From an uncultured Bacteroidia bacterium (GTDB lineage: Bacteria > Bacteroidota > Bacteroidia > NS11-12g > UBA955): a DNA stretch of 64,000 bases. The stretch is taken from the NCBI GenBank assembly GCA_938086785.1, contig CALKCM010000008.1:71500-135499 (forward strand), in the 5' to 3' direction. The notes beneath the pieces are model-generated. The model did no database searches and was not told the DNA's origin. It saw nothing but the letters and a program-made list of their open reading frames with translations. Shown here piece after piece: positions 8,459-18,605 of this stretch (the first letter of the stretch is position 1; every line of letters starts with the position of its first letter). Position numbers and translations under genes: made by a program.

Positions 8459-10105
8459 ATGGAAAGCAAAAGTAGAGTAGTTACATCGCCTACGGGTACC
8501 ACGTTAAATTGTAAAGGTTGGGTGCAAGAAGCAGCTTATCGCATGATTCAAAACAATTTAGATCCTGAAGTTGCTGAAAAACCTGAAGACCTCATTGTAT
8601 ATGGAGGTTTGGGAAAGGCTGCCAGAAATTGGCCTGCTTTTGATAAAATTTTAAAATGCTTAAAAGAACTGGAAAACGATGAGACCTTAATGGTTCAAAG
8701 TGGAAAGCCAGTTGCAGTGCTTAAAACCAATGAAGATGCACCTCGTGTGTTAATATCTAATAGTCAACTTGTGCCAAACTGGGCCAATTGGGATCATTTT
8801 CGTGAATTGGAAGCCAAGGGTTTAATGATGTATGGACAAATGACAGCGGGAAGTTGGATATATATTGGGAGCCAAGGAATTGTTCAAGGAACTTACGAAA
8901 CCTATGCAGAGGCAGCACGTCAGAAATTTAATGGTACACTAAAAGGTACCTTAAATGTAACGGCTGGATTAGGAGGTATGGGAGGAGCTCAACCTTTAGC
9001 TATAACAATGAATGGAGGAGTAGCCCTAGTTGCGGAGGTAGAAGAGTGGAGAATACGCAAACGTTTAGAAACGCGTTACTTGGATTTTATGGCTAGAGAT
9101 ATTGATCAAGGAATTGATATGGCTCTTGCTGCTAAGGAAAAAGGGGATGCCGTGTCAATAGGTGTATTGTGCAATGCTGTAGATTTATTACAAGCCTTAA
9201 TTGAACGAAAAGTTGTTCCAGATACTTTAACCGATCAAACCAGTGCTCATGACCCATTGATAGGATATTATCCTCAAGATATGGATGTAGAGGCTGCAGA
9301 TAAATTAAGAGCAGCCGATCCAGATAAATACACAAAATTAAGTTACCATACCATGCATAGGCATGTAGAGCAAATGCTGGAACTACAGAAAATGGGTAGT
9401 TTAACTTTTGATTATGGAAATAATTTGAGAGCAAGAGCTCAAGAAGATGGCTTAGCAAATGCCTTTGACTTTCCGGGTTTTGTTCCGGCCTTTATTCGTC
9501 CTTTATTTTGCCAAGGAAAAGGGCCTTTTAGGTGGGTAGCGCTTAGCGGAGATCCTGAGGATATTCGTAAAACAGATGAAAAATTATTGGAGTTATTCCC
9601 AGAGAATGAATCTTTGCATCGTTGGATCAAAATGGCACAAGAGAAAATTGAATTTCAAGGATTGCCTGCACGTATTTGTTGGATTGGTCAAGGAGAGCGG
9701 GAGAAAGCCGGATTGGCCTTTAATGAGATGGTAAAGAGTGGAGAGCTCAAGGCGCCTATTGTTATTGGGAGAGATCATTTAGATACAGGTTCTGTAGCGA
9801 GCCCTAACAGAGAAACAGAAGCCATGTTAGATGGCAGTGATGCAGTCGCTGATTGGCCTATTCTTAATGCCTTGGTAAATACAGCAGGTGGAGCCAGTTG
9901 GGTAAGCTTACACCACGGTGGTGGAGTAGGAATGGGATACAGTATTCACAGTGGAATGGTCATTGTTGCCGATGGAACAGATGAAGCTCATAAACGCTTA
10001 AGTCGAGTATTGCGTAACGATCCAGGTATGGGTGTGATTCGTCATGCAGATGCAGGTTACGATATAGCATTGAAAACAGCCCGAGAACATGGCTTAGATA
10101 TTTAA
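8459..10105 (+). CDS. hutU: Urocanate hydratase
   Basis: Motifs [30 protein letters not shown] and [11 protein letters not shown] are typical of HutU. The start is set at MESKSR because a -7 box lies inside the longer ORF. Confidence 0.93.
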   Translation: MESKSRVVTSPTGTTLNCKGWVQEAAYRMIQNNLDPEVAEKPEDLIVYGGLGKAARNWPAFDKILKCLKELENDETLMVQSGKPVAVLKTNEDAPRVLISNSQLVPNWANWDHFRELEAKGLMMYGQMTAGSWIYIGSQGIVQGTYETYAEAARQKFNGTLKGTLNVTAGLGGMGGAQPLAITMNGGVALVAEVEEWRIRKRLETRYLDFMARDIDQGIDMALAAKEKGDAVSIGVLCNAVDLLQALIERKVVPDTLTDQTSAHDPLIGYYPQDMDVEAADKLRAADPDKYTKLSYHTMHRHVEQMLELQKMGSLTFDYGNNLRARAQEDGLANAFDFPGFVPAFIRPLFCQGKGPFRWVALSGDPEDIRKTDEKLLELFPENESLHRWIKMAQEKIEFQGLPARICWIGQGEREKAGLAFNEMVKSGELKAPIVIGRDHLDTGSVASPNRETEAMLDGSDAVADWPILNALVNTAGGASWVSLHHGGGVGMGYSIHSGMVIVADGTDEAHKRLSRVLRNDPGMGVIRHADAGYDIALKTAREHGLDI

Positions 10106-10130
10106 TAGAATTGAATATACGGAGCGGATA

Positions 10131-10154
10131 CCCCTTTTGGTCTATTAAAAGGGG
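10131..10154. terminator. Possible hairpin between convergent hutU and the BNR-repeat gene
   Basis: cccctttt / aaaagggg 8-bp stem with an 8-nt loop. There is no strong T-run, and it overlaps the last codons of the minus-strand gene. Confidence 0.3.
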
Positions 10155-11131
10155 ATGTTTAGTTTCTTCAGCTTTCGTGCAGTAAAAGTGGCTTTAATTC
10201 CGTCATTTCCGACCATCCAAACGCTATTTCGAAAGACCTCGACGGTATTAAATGAAGTTTTGGAAAGGCGTTTCCAAGTTTTTCCAAAATTAGTGCTTAT
10301 ATCTACACCAGTTGTTCCTACTGCAATGAGTTGCTTGTGACTTTTAAAGAACTTTATGGAGCTTTTGTATCCATGAGGCATGCTTTGGAATAAAGTCCAA
10401 TTTTTTCCATGATTTTTACTATAGCAGGCAATGGAATCGCTCCATTCTTTTTTAGCATAGTTTCCGCCAACAACAGCATAACATCTTCCCAAACGATCCA
10501 TACTGTATGGGCCAAACGCACCTCCTGATTTTATGGGTAGCTTTATTTTTCCGCGCTTGCTAAATAGGAACATCGCAGAATCTCCACCACAAATGGCATT
10601 TAAACTTTCTCCATCAATAATAACATTAGAGGCACTTGCCGAGAAGAGCCCGGCATCTTTTGCATTGTTTCTAAAAACTCGGTTTTGTATAGGATACCAT
10701 GTTTGTCCAGAGTCTTGGCTAATAATAAAAACATGATCGTATTTATCTCCTGATGGCAGGGGATCTGCAATGGCAAATCCTCTGTGCCCATCGAAATCAA
10801 AATCATCAAAGAAAATTCCAGGTGTATTATTTTCGTATACTTTGCTCCAGTTTCTCCCAGCGTCTGTAGTTCTTAAAATGACAGCGCTATCTGCTATGCT
10901 TAAAATAAGGGCAGTGTTTTCATCATAGGCATGAATGGCTCTGAAGTCTTTGTTTGAATATCCTTTTGGGCTCACATTCTTCCAATCCTTCCCATTTATG
11001 GTTCGTTGAACCATGCCATTACTCCCACTACACCAGGCTGCCAATTCGCTGGTTACAGATAGGCCTCTGTAGGAGGTTTGAGCTGCAAGGGAAGAGCTAA
11101 GCATCCATAAGCCAATAAATATGTACTTCAT
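10145..11131 (-). CDS. BNR/Ycf48-like beta-propeller repeat protein (secreted)
   Basis: Signal peptide MKYIFIGLWMLSSSLAAQ. Four S/T-x-D-x-G-x-x-W type repeats are present (TTDAGRNWS, SQDSGQTWY, SKNHGKNWT, STNFGKTWK). The start is moved to 11131 because the longer ORF overlaps pruA and its terminator. Confidence 0.75.
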   Translation of the reverse strand: MKYIFIGLWMLSSSLAAQTSYRGLSVTSELAAWCSGSNGMVQRTINGKDWKNVSPKGYSNKDFRAIHAYDENTALILSIADSAVILRTTDAGRNWSKVYENNTPGIFFDDFDFDGHRGFAIADPLPSGDKYDHVFIISQDSGQTWYPIQNRVFRNNAKDAGLFSASASNVIIDGESLNAICGGDSAMFLFSKRGKIKLPIKSGGAFGPYSMDRLGRCYAVVGGNYAKKEWSDSIACYSKNHGKNWTLFQSMPHGYKSSIKFFKSHKQLIAVGTTGVDISTNFGKTWKRLSKTSFNTVEVFRNSVWMVGNDGIKATFTARKLKKLNIPF

Positions 11132-11185
11132 TGCCAACAAAGTAAAGGCTTGTGGGATGTTTTGGCAATGTAGATTTTTGAAAGT

Positions 11186-11212
11186 AAAAAAAAGCCGACG
11201 AATGTCGGCTTT
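11186..11212 (-). terminator. Rho-independent terminator of pruA
   Basis: 9-bp stem 11191-11199 / 11204-11212 (aaagccgac / gtcggcttt) with loop gaat. On the minus strand it is followed by a T-run (plus-strand A-run 11186-11193). It lies 21 nt past the pruA stop. Confidence 0.65.
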
Positions 11213-11232
11213 GAATCTAAAATAGTTCTTAA

Positions 11233-12855
11233 TTATTCTTCGTGAAAAGGGTATCTGTAATCTTTTGCTGGAACAAATGTTTCCTTTATCGTTCTTTGGC
11301 TTACCCATCGCAACAAGTTTACTTTAGCTCCAGCTTTATCATTAGTTCCACTACCTCTACCTCCACCAAAAGGCTGTTGGCCTACAACGGCGCCTGTTGG
11401 TTTATCGTTGATGTAAAAGTTACCTGCACTGTGTCTCAAGGCTTTGGTTGCTTGTGCCAATGCATATCTATCTTGACCAATAATAGCTCCAGTTAAGGCA
11501 TACTCACTGGTTCCATCCACAATGTCAAACATATCTTCCCAAGACTCATCATATAAAGAAATAGTTAAAACTGGGCCAAATATCTCCTCGCACATGGTTC
11601 TATACTTATGATCTGGTGCCATTAAAATGGTGGGTTCAATGAAGTATCCTTTACTTTCATCGTAACCGCCGCCACAAAGTATTTCTACACCATCTTTTTT
11701 AGCTTGGTCAATATAGCCGCTGATTTTGTCAAAGGCTTTTTTATCAATAACTGCATTTACAAAATTGGTAAAATCTTCCGTTGGACCCACTTTTAGAGTG
11801 GCCATTTCTTTTACCAATCGTTCTTTAACTGCTGGCCAAAGGTTTCTAGGAATATAAACTCGGCTAGCCGCGCTACATTTTTGTCCTTGAAATTCAAATC
11901 CACCTCGTACAATAGCGGTGACTATTACATCTATATCTGCAGACTCATGCGCAAGAATAAAATCCTTTCCACCCGTCTCGCCTACAATGCGAGGATAGCT
12001 TCTGTATTTTGCAATATTGGTACCAATCGTATTCCATATATGTCTGAAAACACCTGTACTTCCTGTAAAATGTATTCCTGCAAAGTCTTTATGATTAAAT
12101 ATTACATTGCCAGCTGATGGCCCATCTACATAAACAAGATTAATTACACCATCCGGTAGTCCAGCTTCTTTAAATACTTCCATTAAAACCTGAGCACTGT
12201 ATACTTGCGTATCTGCGGGCTTCCATACTATAACATTACCCATCATTGCTGCACTGGTTGGTAAGTTTCCTGCAATGGCAGTAAAATTAAATGGCGTTAG
12301 TGCAAATACAAAACCTTCAAGTGCTCGGTATTCCAATCGATTCCAAATACCAGGGCTATTTGCTCCGGGTTGCTCATTGTAAATTTCGCTCATGTATTGA
12401 ACATTGAAACGCAAAAAGTCGATCATTTCGCAAGAAGCGTCAATTTCCGCTTGGTATGCATTTTTACTTTGAGCTAACATGGTAGCTGAGTTAATTTTAT
12501 ATCGGTAAGGCCCCGCAAGTAAATCTGCTGCTTTTAGAAAAATAGCAGCTCTTTGCTCCCAAGGCATTGTTTCCCAGTCTTCTTTAGCTGCCAAGGCACT
12601 GTTTATTGCATCTTGCACGTGACTTGCATCTCCGCGATGAAACTGACCAATTTTGTGATGCGTGTCATGTGGAGGGAAAATATCGATCGTATTTCCTGTA
12701 CGAATCTCTTTCCCATTAATATACATGGGAATATCTCTTACTTCTGAACGTGCATCTTTTAGAGCAGCTTGAAGTGAAGTGCGTTCTGTTGAGCCTTTCG
12801 CGTAATCTTTTACGGGCTCATTTATAGCTTTTGGAATATGGAAGAATCCTGTCAT
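11233..12855 (-). CDS. pruA: L-glutamate gamma-semialdehyde (1-pyrroline-5-carboxylate) dehydrogenase
   Basis: 540 aa. Aldehyde dehydrogenase fold with ETGGKDF and FEFQGQKCSAASR (catalytic Cys). Length and N-terminus are typical of PruA/RocA. Confidence 0.88.
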   Translation of the reverse strand: MTGFFHIPKAINEPVKDYAKGSTERTSLQAALKDARSEVRDIPMYINGKEIRTGNTIDIFPPHDTHHKIGQFHRGDASHVQDAINSALAAKEDWETMPWEQRAAIFLKAADLLAGPYRYKINSATMLAQSKNAYQAEIDASCEMIDFLRFNVQYMSEIYNEQPGANSPGIWNRLEYRALEGFVFALTPFNFTAIAGNLPTSAAMMGNVIVWKPADTQVYSAQVLMEVFKEAGLPDGVINLVYVDGPSAGNVIFNHKDFAGIHFTGSTGVFRHIWNTIGTNIAKYRSYPRIVGETGGKDFILAHESADIDVIVTAIVRGGFEFQGQKCSAASRVYIPRNLWPAVKERLVKEMATLKVGPTEDFTNFVNAVIDKKAFDKISGYIDQAKKDGVEILCGGGYDESKGYFIEPTILMAPDHKYRTMCEEIFGPVLTISLYDESWEDMFDIVDGTSEYALTGAIIGQDRYALAQATKALRHSAGNFYINDKPTGAVVGQQPFGGGRGSGTNDKAGAKVNLLRWVSQRTIKETFVPAKDYRYPFHEE

Positions 12856-13009
12856 AATGAGTCACGAAATTAAAGGTTATTGCAGCCAATTGCAAAGAAG
12901 CTTATGTTTGATTCTATCTGACATAAATAAGGCAAATAAATAAATCGTATTTGATAAGAATAGTGCCCTTAAATCACATGTTTCGGACGGGTATAGGAAG
13001 ATTGAACAG

Positions 13010-13681
13010 TTATTTTTTCATTTTCTTATGTCTTAGTACTTTGGCTTCAACATAAAAGATTAAGTCTTCAGCTATATTTTTAATATGATCCCCAGTTCGT
13101 TCTATTTTTCTAATGACTGAGAACATAAATAAAGACTGTCGGACAGTTTTAGGATTGTTATTAATATATTCAGTGATTATTTTGGATGCATTAATGTTGA
13201 TCTTATTCAATTCAGAATCTTTTTGATACACTTTCCGAGCAAGTTTTACATTGTCTTCTTTTAATGCAATAGCAATATCTCCTAACATAGATATTGCAAT
13301 GTTAAACATCTCCTCGATTTTTGTTTCTTTAACTAAAGAGGGGTCTAATTTTTCCGTTAAGTCCACCACGTAGTCTGCGATTCCATCAGCATAATCTCCG
13401 ATTCGTTCTAAATCAGAGTTGATTTTTAATGCAGAGATAACAAATCTAAGGTCAGAAGCAACAGGATTTAATAGTGCAAAAATATTTTCACAATCTCTAT
13501 CAATGCTAAGTTCTATAGCATTCACCCGCTTCTCGTTATGAATAATTTCTTGAGCAAGTTCTGAATCATTAGCCAAGTAAGCGTCTTTTGCTTTTTTCAT
13601 TTGACTAATGGTTAATTCCGCCATGTCCATGATGGCTTCTTTTAGCTGCTGTACTTCTTCTTCTATATTCATTAGATTCAA
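13010..13681 (-). CDS. phoU: Phosphate signalling complex protein PhoU
   Basis: 223 aa. Two PhoU repeats (DLERIGDYADGIA and IERTGDHIKNIAE). It is the last gene of the pst cluster. Confidence 0.9.
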   Translation of the reverse strand: MNLMNIEEEVQQLKEAIMDMAELTISQMKKAKDAYLANDSELAQEIIHNEKRVNAIELSIDRDCENIFALLNPVASDLRFVISALKINSDLERIGDYADGIADYVVDLTEKLDPSLVKETKIEEMFNIAISMLGDIAIALKEDNVKLARKVYQKDSELNKININASKIITEYINNNPKTVRQSLFMFSVIRKIERTGDHIKNIAEDLIFYVEAKVLRHKKMKK

Positions 13682-13687
13682 TTATAT

Positions 13688-14464
13688 TTATCCAAATCTA
13701 CCACTAATGTAGTTTTCGGTGCGTTCGTTTTTAGGGTTCGTAAAAATTTGTTGGGTTTCGTCAAATTCAACCAAATCTCCCATGTAAAAAAAGCCTGTTT
13801 TGTCGCTAATTCTTCCAGCTTGTTGCATGTTGTGTGTAACGATAAGAATAGTGTATTGTTCTTTTAACTCCTGAATAAGTTCTTCTATTTTTGCGGTTGA
13901 TATGGGATCCAATGCAGAAGCCGGCTCATCCATTAAAATAACGGAAGGTTCTACTGCTAAGGTACGGGCAATGCATAAGCGCTGCTGTTGACCTCCAGAA
14001 AGGGCTAATGCACTTTTCTTTAAGTTATCCTTTACTTCGTCCCACAGCGCTGCTTGTCGAATTGATTTTTCGACAATCTCATCCAAAAGACTTTTCTTAT
14101 TAATTCCTTGTATTCGCAATCCGTAGGCGATGTTATCGTAAATTGATTTTGGGAAAGGATTTGGCTTTTGAAAAACCATTCCCACAGACTTACGCAATTC
14201 CTCTACATTCGTTTTCTTTCTGTAAATGTCTTTTCCATCAATGAGGATTTCACCTTTTTTATGGAATACATCAATATAATCATTCATTCGATTGAACAAA
14301 CGGAGAAAAGTAGACTTACCACAACCTGATGGCCCGATTAGTGCCGTTACCGTATTGCCTTCTATAGGCATATTTACATCTTTTAAAACTTGTTTTTCGC
14401 CATAAAAAACATCTATATTTTTGGCTTCTATTTTAAAGGATGATTCTGATTGGGATTCTGACAT
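13688..14464 (-). CDS. pstB: Phosphate ABC transporter ATP-binding protein PstB
   Basis: Walker [13 protein letters not shown] signature LSGGQQQRL, Walker [12 protein letters not shown]. Confidence 0.95.
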   Translation of the reverse strand: MSESQSESSFKIEAKNIDVFYGEKQVLKDVNMPIEGNTVTALIGPSGCGKSTFLRLFNRMNDYIDVFHKKGEILIDGKDIYRKKTNVEELRKSVGMVFQKPNPFPKSIYDNIAYGLRIQGINKKSLLDEIVEKSIRQAALWDEVKDNLKKSALALSGGQQQRLCIARTLAVEPSVILMDEPASALDPISTAKIEELIQELKEQYTILIVTHNMQQAGRISDKTGFFYMGDLVEFDETQQIFTNPKNERTENYISGRFG

Positions 14465-14513
14465 GGGTTTATTTATTCAATCGTATCTCGTATTATTATA
14501 TTCAAATGTAAGA

Positions 14514-15368
14514 CTAATGAGACTTTTTCTTGGCTTTAATTCGAATGTAAACTGCAATTCCGTTCATTACAAAAACAAAAGCAAGTAATATAATGATGGC
14601 TGCAGCAGCATTAATGGTAAAGCCATGCTGAGGTCTTGATATCCAGTTAAAGATTTGAATAGGCATGACGGTAAATTCGTCCAGGGGTGTTTTTGCTACA
14701 AATGGAACATAAGCCAATGCACCAATTACTATAAGTGGTGCAGTTTCACCAACGGCTCTAGCAAGTGCCAGAATAACTCCAGTAATTATACTGCTTAAAG
14801 ATGCAGGTAAAACTAAATTCCAGATGGTTTGCCATTTTGTTGCTCCTAAAGCGTAGGAGGCGGTTCGTGTGGTTAAAGGCACTGCTTTAAGCGCCTCTCT
14901 TGTGGCAACAATAATGACGGGCAAAATAAGTAAGGAAAGCGTAAAGCTTCCTGCCAACAAACTCCCCCCAAGACCCATCAAGCGTACAAAAATTTCCAAT
15001 CCTAAAATACCGTAAATAATACTTGGAACCCCTGCTAAATTCGTGATATTAATCTCCAGTAAGTTCGCAAACCATGATTTTTTACCATATTCTTCTAAAT
15101 ATATGGCTGCTGCAATTCCTAAGGGGATGGCAAATATCGCAGTTAATCCAAATATCCAGAGAGTACCGGTCCAAGCGGTTAGTATTCCTGCTTTTTTTGG
15201 TCGGTATGAAGGCAAGTTCGTTAAGAAATCCCAATTTATTCGAGATACTCCATCATTAATAATTCCGAAAAGAAATACGCCCAAAATAAAAATACCAAAG
15301 AAAGTACAGGTAACTCCGAAGTACTTAAAAGCTTTATCTTTTATCTTATTTCGTTGGAGGTTATTCAT
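14514..15368 (-). CDS. pstA: Phosphate ABC transporter permease PstA
   Basis: 284-aa permease with an ALGATKWQTIWNLVLP EAA-type loop. It overlaps pstC by 8 nt. Confidence 0.9.
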   Translation of the reverse strand: MNNLQRNKIKDKAFKYFGVTCTFFGIFILGVFLFGIINDGVSRINWDFLTNLPSYRPKKAGILTAWTGTLWIFGLTAIFAIPLGIAAAIYLEEYGKKSWFANLLEINITNLAGVPSIIYGILGLEIFVRLMGLGGSLLAGSFTLSLLILPVIIVATREALKAVPLTTRTASYALGATKWQTIWNLVLPASLSSIITGVILALARAVGETAPLIVIGALAYVPFVAKTPLDEFTVMPIQIFNWISRPQHGFTINAAAAIIILLAFVFVMNGIAVYIRIKAKKKSH

Positions 15369-16239
15369 ATTTCTGCTGATACCTTTTATTAATCCAGAAA
15401 CTGATGTTATTTAATAAGAACGTGAGGGCAAACAGGGTAATCCCAGCCGCAAATATGGTTTTATATTCCAAGGATCCGTGGGGAACATCACCCATACTTA
15501 CTTGTACAATATATGTGGTAATCGTTTCAACGGGTACCGTTGGATCGAAAGTTAATCGGGGTTGTTGGCCAGCGGCAATAGCCACAATCATAGTTTCTCC
15601 AATGGCTCTAGCCAAAGCTAAAATAACCGAGGCAATAATGCCTGACGAAGCCGCAGGAATAAGAACCTTGAAAGAAGTTTGCAATTTAGTTGCCCCCATT
15701 CCATAAGATGCCTCCCTTAAGGTTTTTGGAACTGCTGCCAGCGCATCTTCACTCAGGGAAGAAATAAAAGGAATAATCATGATTCCCATTACAATACCCG
15801 GAGATAAGGCGTTAAAGCCCGAAAGACCAGGTATAATACTTTGCAAGAATGGCGTTACTACTACCAGAGCAAAGAATCCATAAACAACGGTGGGTACTGC
15901 TGCAAGAATCTCAAGAATTGGTTTTACTGTTTTTCTTATTCCCTTAGGAGCATATTCATTGAGGTAAACAGCAATAGTTAAACCCATAGGAAGGGCTACA
16001 CAAATAGCTATGAAAGTAGTTAAAAGAGTACCCGTAACCAATGGCATAATACCAAAGTGTTTTTGGGAAAATAAGGGAGTCCATTCCTTATCCGTAAGAA
16101 ACTCACCTAAGCTAACCTCGCTAAAAAAAGAGTAAGATTCAGATAATAGAACCCATATAATCCCTAAGGTTGTCAGCACTGTAATGAGTGCACATGCGAA
16201 GAGTATAGACTCTATTACCTTTTCTTTTATACTTTTCAA
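15361..16239 (-). CDS. pstC: Phosphate ABC transporter permease PstC
   Basis: 292-aa permease with EASYGMGATKLQTSFKVLIPAA. It sits between pstS and pstA. Confidence 0.9.
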   Translation of the reverse strand: MKSIKEKVIESILFACALITVLTTLGIIWVLLSESYSFFSEVSLGEFLTDKEWTPLFSQKHFGIMPLVTGTLLTTFIAICVALPMGLTIAVYLNEYAPKGIRKTVKPILEILAAVPTVVYGFFALVVVTPFLQSIIPGLSGFNALSPGIVMGIMIIPFISSLSEDALAAVPKTLREASYGMGATKLQTSFKVLIPAASSGIIASVILALARAIGETMIVAIAAGQQPRLTFDPTVPVETITTYIVQVSMGDVPHGSLEYKTIFAAGITLFALTFLLNNISFWINKRYQQKYE

Positions 16240-16254
16240 GTATGGCAGATTTTA

Positions 16255-17259
16255 TTATTCACCTTCTTCGCTGGCAGACTCTTCAGCTGAATCATTTTCT
16301 TCCATTCCTTTCGAAACAGTTGCCACGAAGGTTTCAAATTTAGCCATTTGTTTGGCATATTCATCACTCGGTAATGGAATATATCCAACTTCGGTGGAAA
16401 GTTCTGAGGCATTGTTAAGATAAAAGGTAACAAATGTCTTTGCTTCCTCTCGAACTGCTGCCGTACTGTTTAGATAAATAAATAGGGGACGAGAGAGCGG
16501 AGCGTAAGATCCGTCCTTAACAGTAGCTAGCGATGGAGAAATAGCACCATTCCCGTTATCCACGCCAACAAGGGTCAGTTTATCTTTATTTTCTTCGTAA
16601 TAAGCCAAACCAAAAAATCCTAGTGCGAACTTGTCGCCAGAAATTCCTTGAACTAAAACATTATCATCTTCACTAGCTGTAAAGTCGCCTCGGCTTGCTC
16701 CACTTTCGCCAACAATAGCTTCAGTGAAATAGTCATATGTTCCAGAAGCAACGCCAGGTCCAAATAAATGAATTTCTTCATCTGGCCATTCCGCTCGGAT
16801 TTGATTCCATTTTAATATTTTACCTTGTGCAGCAGGCTCCCAAAGCTTTTTTAATTCCTCTACTGTAAAGTGATCCACCCAATCGTTTTGCGGATTAACC
16901 AATACGGCTAAACCGTCATATGCAACGGATAGCTCAACATAGCTGATGTTGTTTTCCTCACAAGCCTTAATTTCTTTATCCTTAATGGGGCGAGATGCAT
17001 CTGATATATCCGTTTCTCCTCGAGAGAATTTTTTAAATCCTCCACCTGTTCCAGAAACACCAACAGTTACTTTGACCTTAGGTTGAACCGCTCTAAATTC
17101 TTCTGCAACAGCTTCTGTTACAGGGTATACCGTAGAAGAACCATCAATTTGGATGCTTCCTTCTAATTGACCTTCTACACTAGTTTCTGTGTCGTTCCCT
17201 CCACAGCTAGAAATTAATAAAGCTGAACAAGCAGCAAAGACGTAATAAATTTTTTTCAT
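16255..17259 (-). CDS. pstS: Phosphate-binding lipoprotein PstS
   Basis: Lipobox [15 protein letters not shown] and GVSGTGGGF are PBP motifs. There is an unusual acidic C-terminal tail. Confidence 0.88.
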   Translation of the reverse strand: MKKIYYVFAACSALLISSCGGNDTETSVEGQLEGSIQIDGSSTVYPVTEAVAEEFRAVQPKVKVTVGVSGTGGGFKKFSRGETDISDASRPIKDKEIKACEENNISYVELSVAYDGLAVLVNPQNDWVDHFTVEELKKLWEPAAQGKILKWNQIRAEWPDEEIHLFGPGVASGTYDYFTEAIVGESGASRGDFTASEDDNVLVQGISGDKFALGFFGLAYYEENKDKLTLVGVDNGNGAISPSLATVKDGSYAPLSRPLFIYLNSTAAVREEAKTFVTFYLNNASELSTEVGYIPLPSDEYAKQMAKFETFVATVSKGMEENDSAEESASEEGE

Positions 17260-17282
17260 TTTATGTTAGTAATAATCGAGAG

Positions 17283-17290
17283 CAAATATA
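17283..17290 (-). promoter_or_regulatory. -7 box TAtaTTTG upstream of pstS
   Basis: Plus strand reads caaatata, the reverse complement of TATATTTG. It lies 23 nt upstream of the pstS ATG at 17259. Confidence 0.45.
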
Positions 17291-17377
17291 TGAGGCCAAT
17301 GTTACCATAATATTAAGTTTTTATTTAGAGATACACTATTTTTAAAATACAGCTTAAACGCAAATATTTCCTCAAAT

Positions 17378-18397
17378 TTATTGAATTTTTTCTGCTTTCC
17401 ACGCGCCGCTTGGTATCACAGATCCGGTAATTTTCTTATTCCAATTTTTATTGATGTGGTGGTGGTAATTTTCCAAATGAGCTTGTTCTTCTTTGCTTAA
17501 TAAGCCTAATTGGGTTAATAATTCCTGCATCACGGTATATTGAGGTCCCATGGTTCCGTCATCAATTTTTATAGAAATACCTATTTTTAGATGTGGTATC
17601 ACTGCGCTATAAACTCCGTCTGCTCCTGTTTTCCCTATGATTCTTCCCTTGGTTACCTGCATTAGCTCAGTACAATATCGCTTGTTCCCAGCAATTAAAT
17701 AGGGATTCTCTTTGATGGAATCTAGAAGAAGTTGACAAGCAGCGACTAAATGATCATCTCCTATTTGTTCTGGTGTACTTAGATTCTTAAAACCTATGGC
17801 TTGTTGTTTTACAGTTGCCGAGAATATTGGCGCGGAGCATCCATCAATGCCTACAAGCATATCATCGGGCTCACATTCATAGAAAGTAGAAACCCACTTT
17901 TTTATTTCGATATGCAAGGGATGTGTGGGTTCTAAATAGTTTTTAGTTGGCAAGCCCTCTGCCTTACAATAGGCTAAAAAACCAGCGTGCTTCCCGCTAC
18001 AATTATTGTGAAGAGCGGTGGGTTCCTCTTGATTTTTTATCAATTGGATTCGATCTGATCTTAAGTTGGGATCTTGAATTCCACATTGAAGATCTCTCAC
18101 ATGGAGGTCGATTTTGGTAAGAATAGCTTCGCTACCCTCGGCATGCACAGGTTCTCCATTGTGCGAGGCACACATCAATGCAATATCCTGTTTGGTTAGA
18201 TTTAATGGTTTAAAAGATGAACTCAGCAATAAGGGTAAATGCTGAAAGTATTTCATGGCTGATCTTGGATAGCAGCGTTGATTGATATCACCAGCAGAAT
18301 AAAGAACATCTCCAGTTTCATTCACAACACAGATAACACCGCGGTGAAAGCTCTCAAGAACTTCTCCACGCATAATATGTACTAAAACTGGATTCAT
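17378..18397 (-). CDS. Asparaginase (Asparaginase_II / thermolabile R. etli type family)
   Basis: The motifs RSAMKYFQ, MCASHNGEPVH, NNCSGKHAGFL and GADGVY fit the family as I recall it. The start is placed at MNPVLVHIMRG. The 26-residue upstream extension is not supported by what I recall of homologue N-termini. Confidence 0.7.
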   Translation of the reverse strand: MNPVLVHIMRGEVLESFHRGVICVVNETGDVLYSAGDINQRCYPRSAMKYFQHLPLLLSSSFKPLNLTKQDIALMCASHNGEPVHAEGSEAILTKIDLHVRDLQCGIQDPNLRSDRIQLIKNQEEPTALHNNCSGKHAGFLAYCKAEGLPTKNYLEPTHPLHIEIKKWVSTFYECEPDDMLVGIDGCSAPIFSATVKQQAIGFKNLSTPEQIGDDHLVAACQLLLDSIKENPYLIAGNKRYCTELMQVTKGRIIGKTGADGVYSAVIPHLKIGISIKIDDGTMGPQYTVMQELLTQLGLLSKEEQAHLENYHHHINKNWNKKITGSVIPSGAWKAEKIQ

Positions 18398-18586
18398 GAT
18401 ATACCGCTGCGAAATTGCGATTTTTGGATGAACAATCCTAAAATAATAAATGAGTTGTGAATTATATTTCTGCAAGTCTTTTAGGATCTGGATGGAATAA
18501 GAACTCTAGTATTTATTATTCCAATTCGCTTTTAGGTATTTAATCGAGTTGTGTTAATTAGACTATCGCATTAAAAATAGCCATTG

Positions 18587-18594
18587 TATCTTTG
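18587..18594 (+). promoter_or_regulatory. -7 box TAtcTTTG upstream of hisS
   Basis: Perfect TAnnTTTG match, 11 nt before the ATG at 18606. Confidence 0.45.
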
Positions 18595-18605
18595 CTTTTT
18601 TAAAA

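Noticed and set aside
11132-11308. N-terminal extension of the BNR-repeat ORF (ORF-track start 11308).
   Set aside because: The extension overlaps the 3' end of pruA and its terminator and has no signal-peptide character. The internal Met at 11131 begins a clean signal peptide.
15043-15414. 123-aa plus-strand ORF, and 15404-15706.
   Set aside because: Both are antisense to pstA and pstC, which have unambiguous ABC permease signatures.
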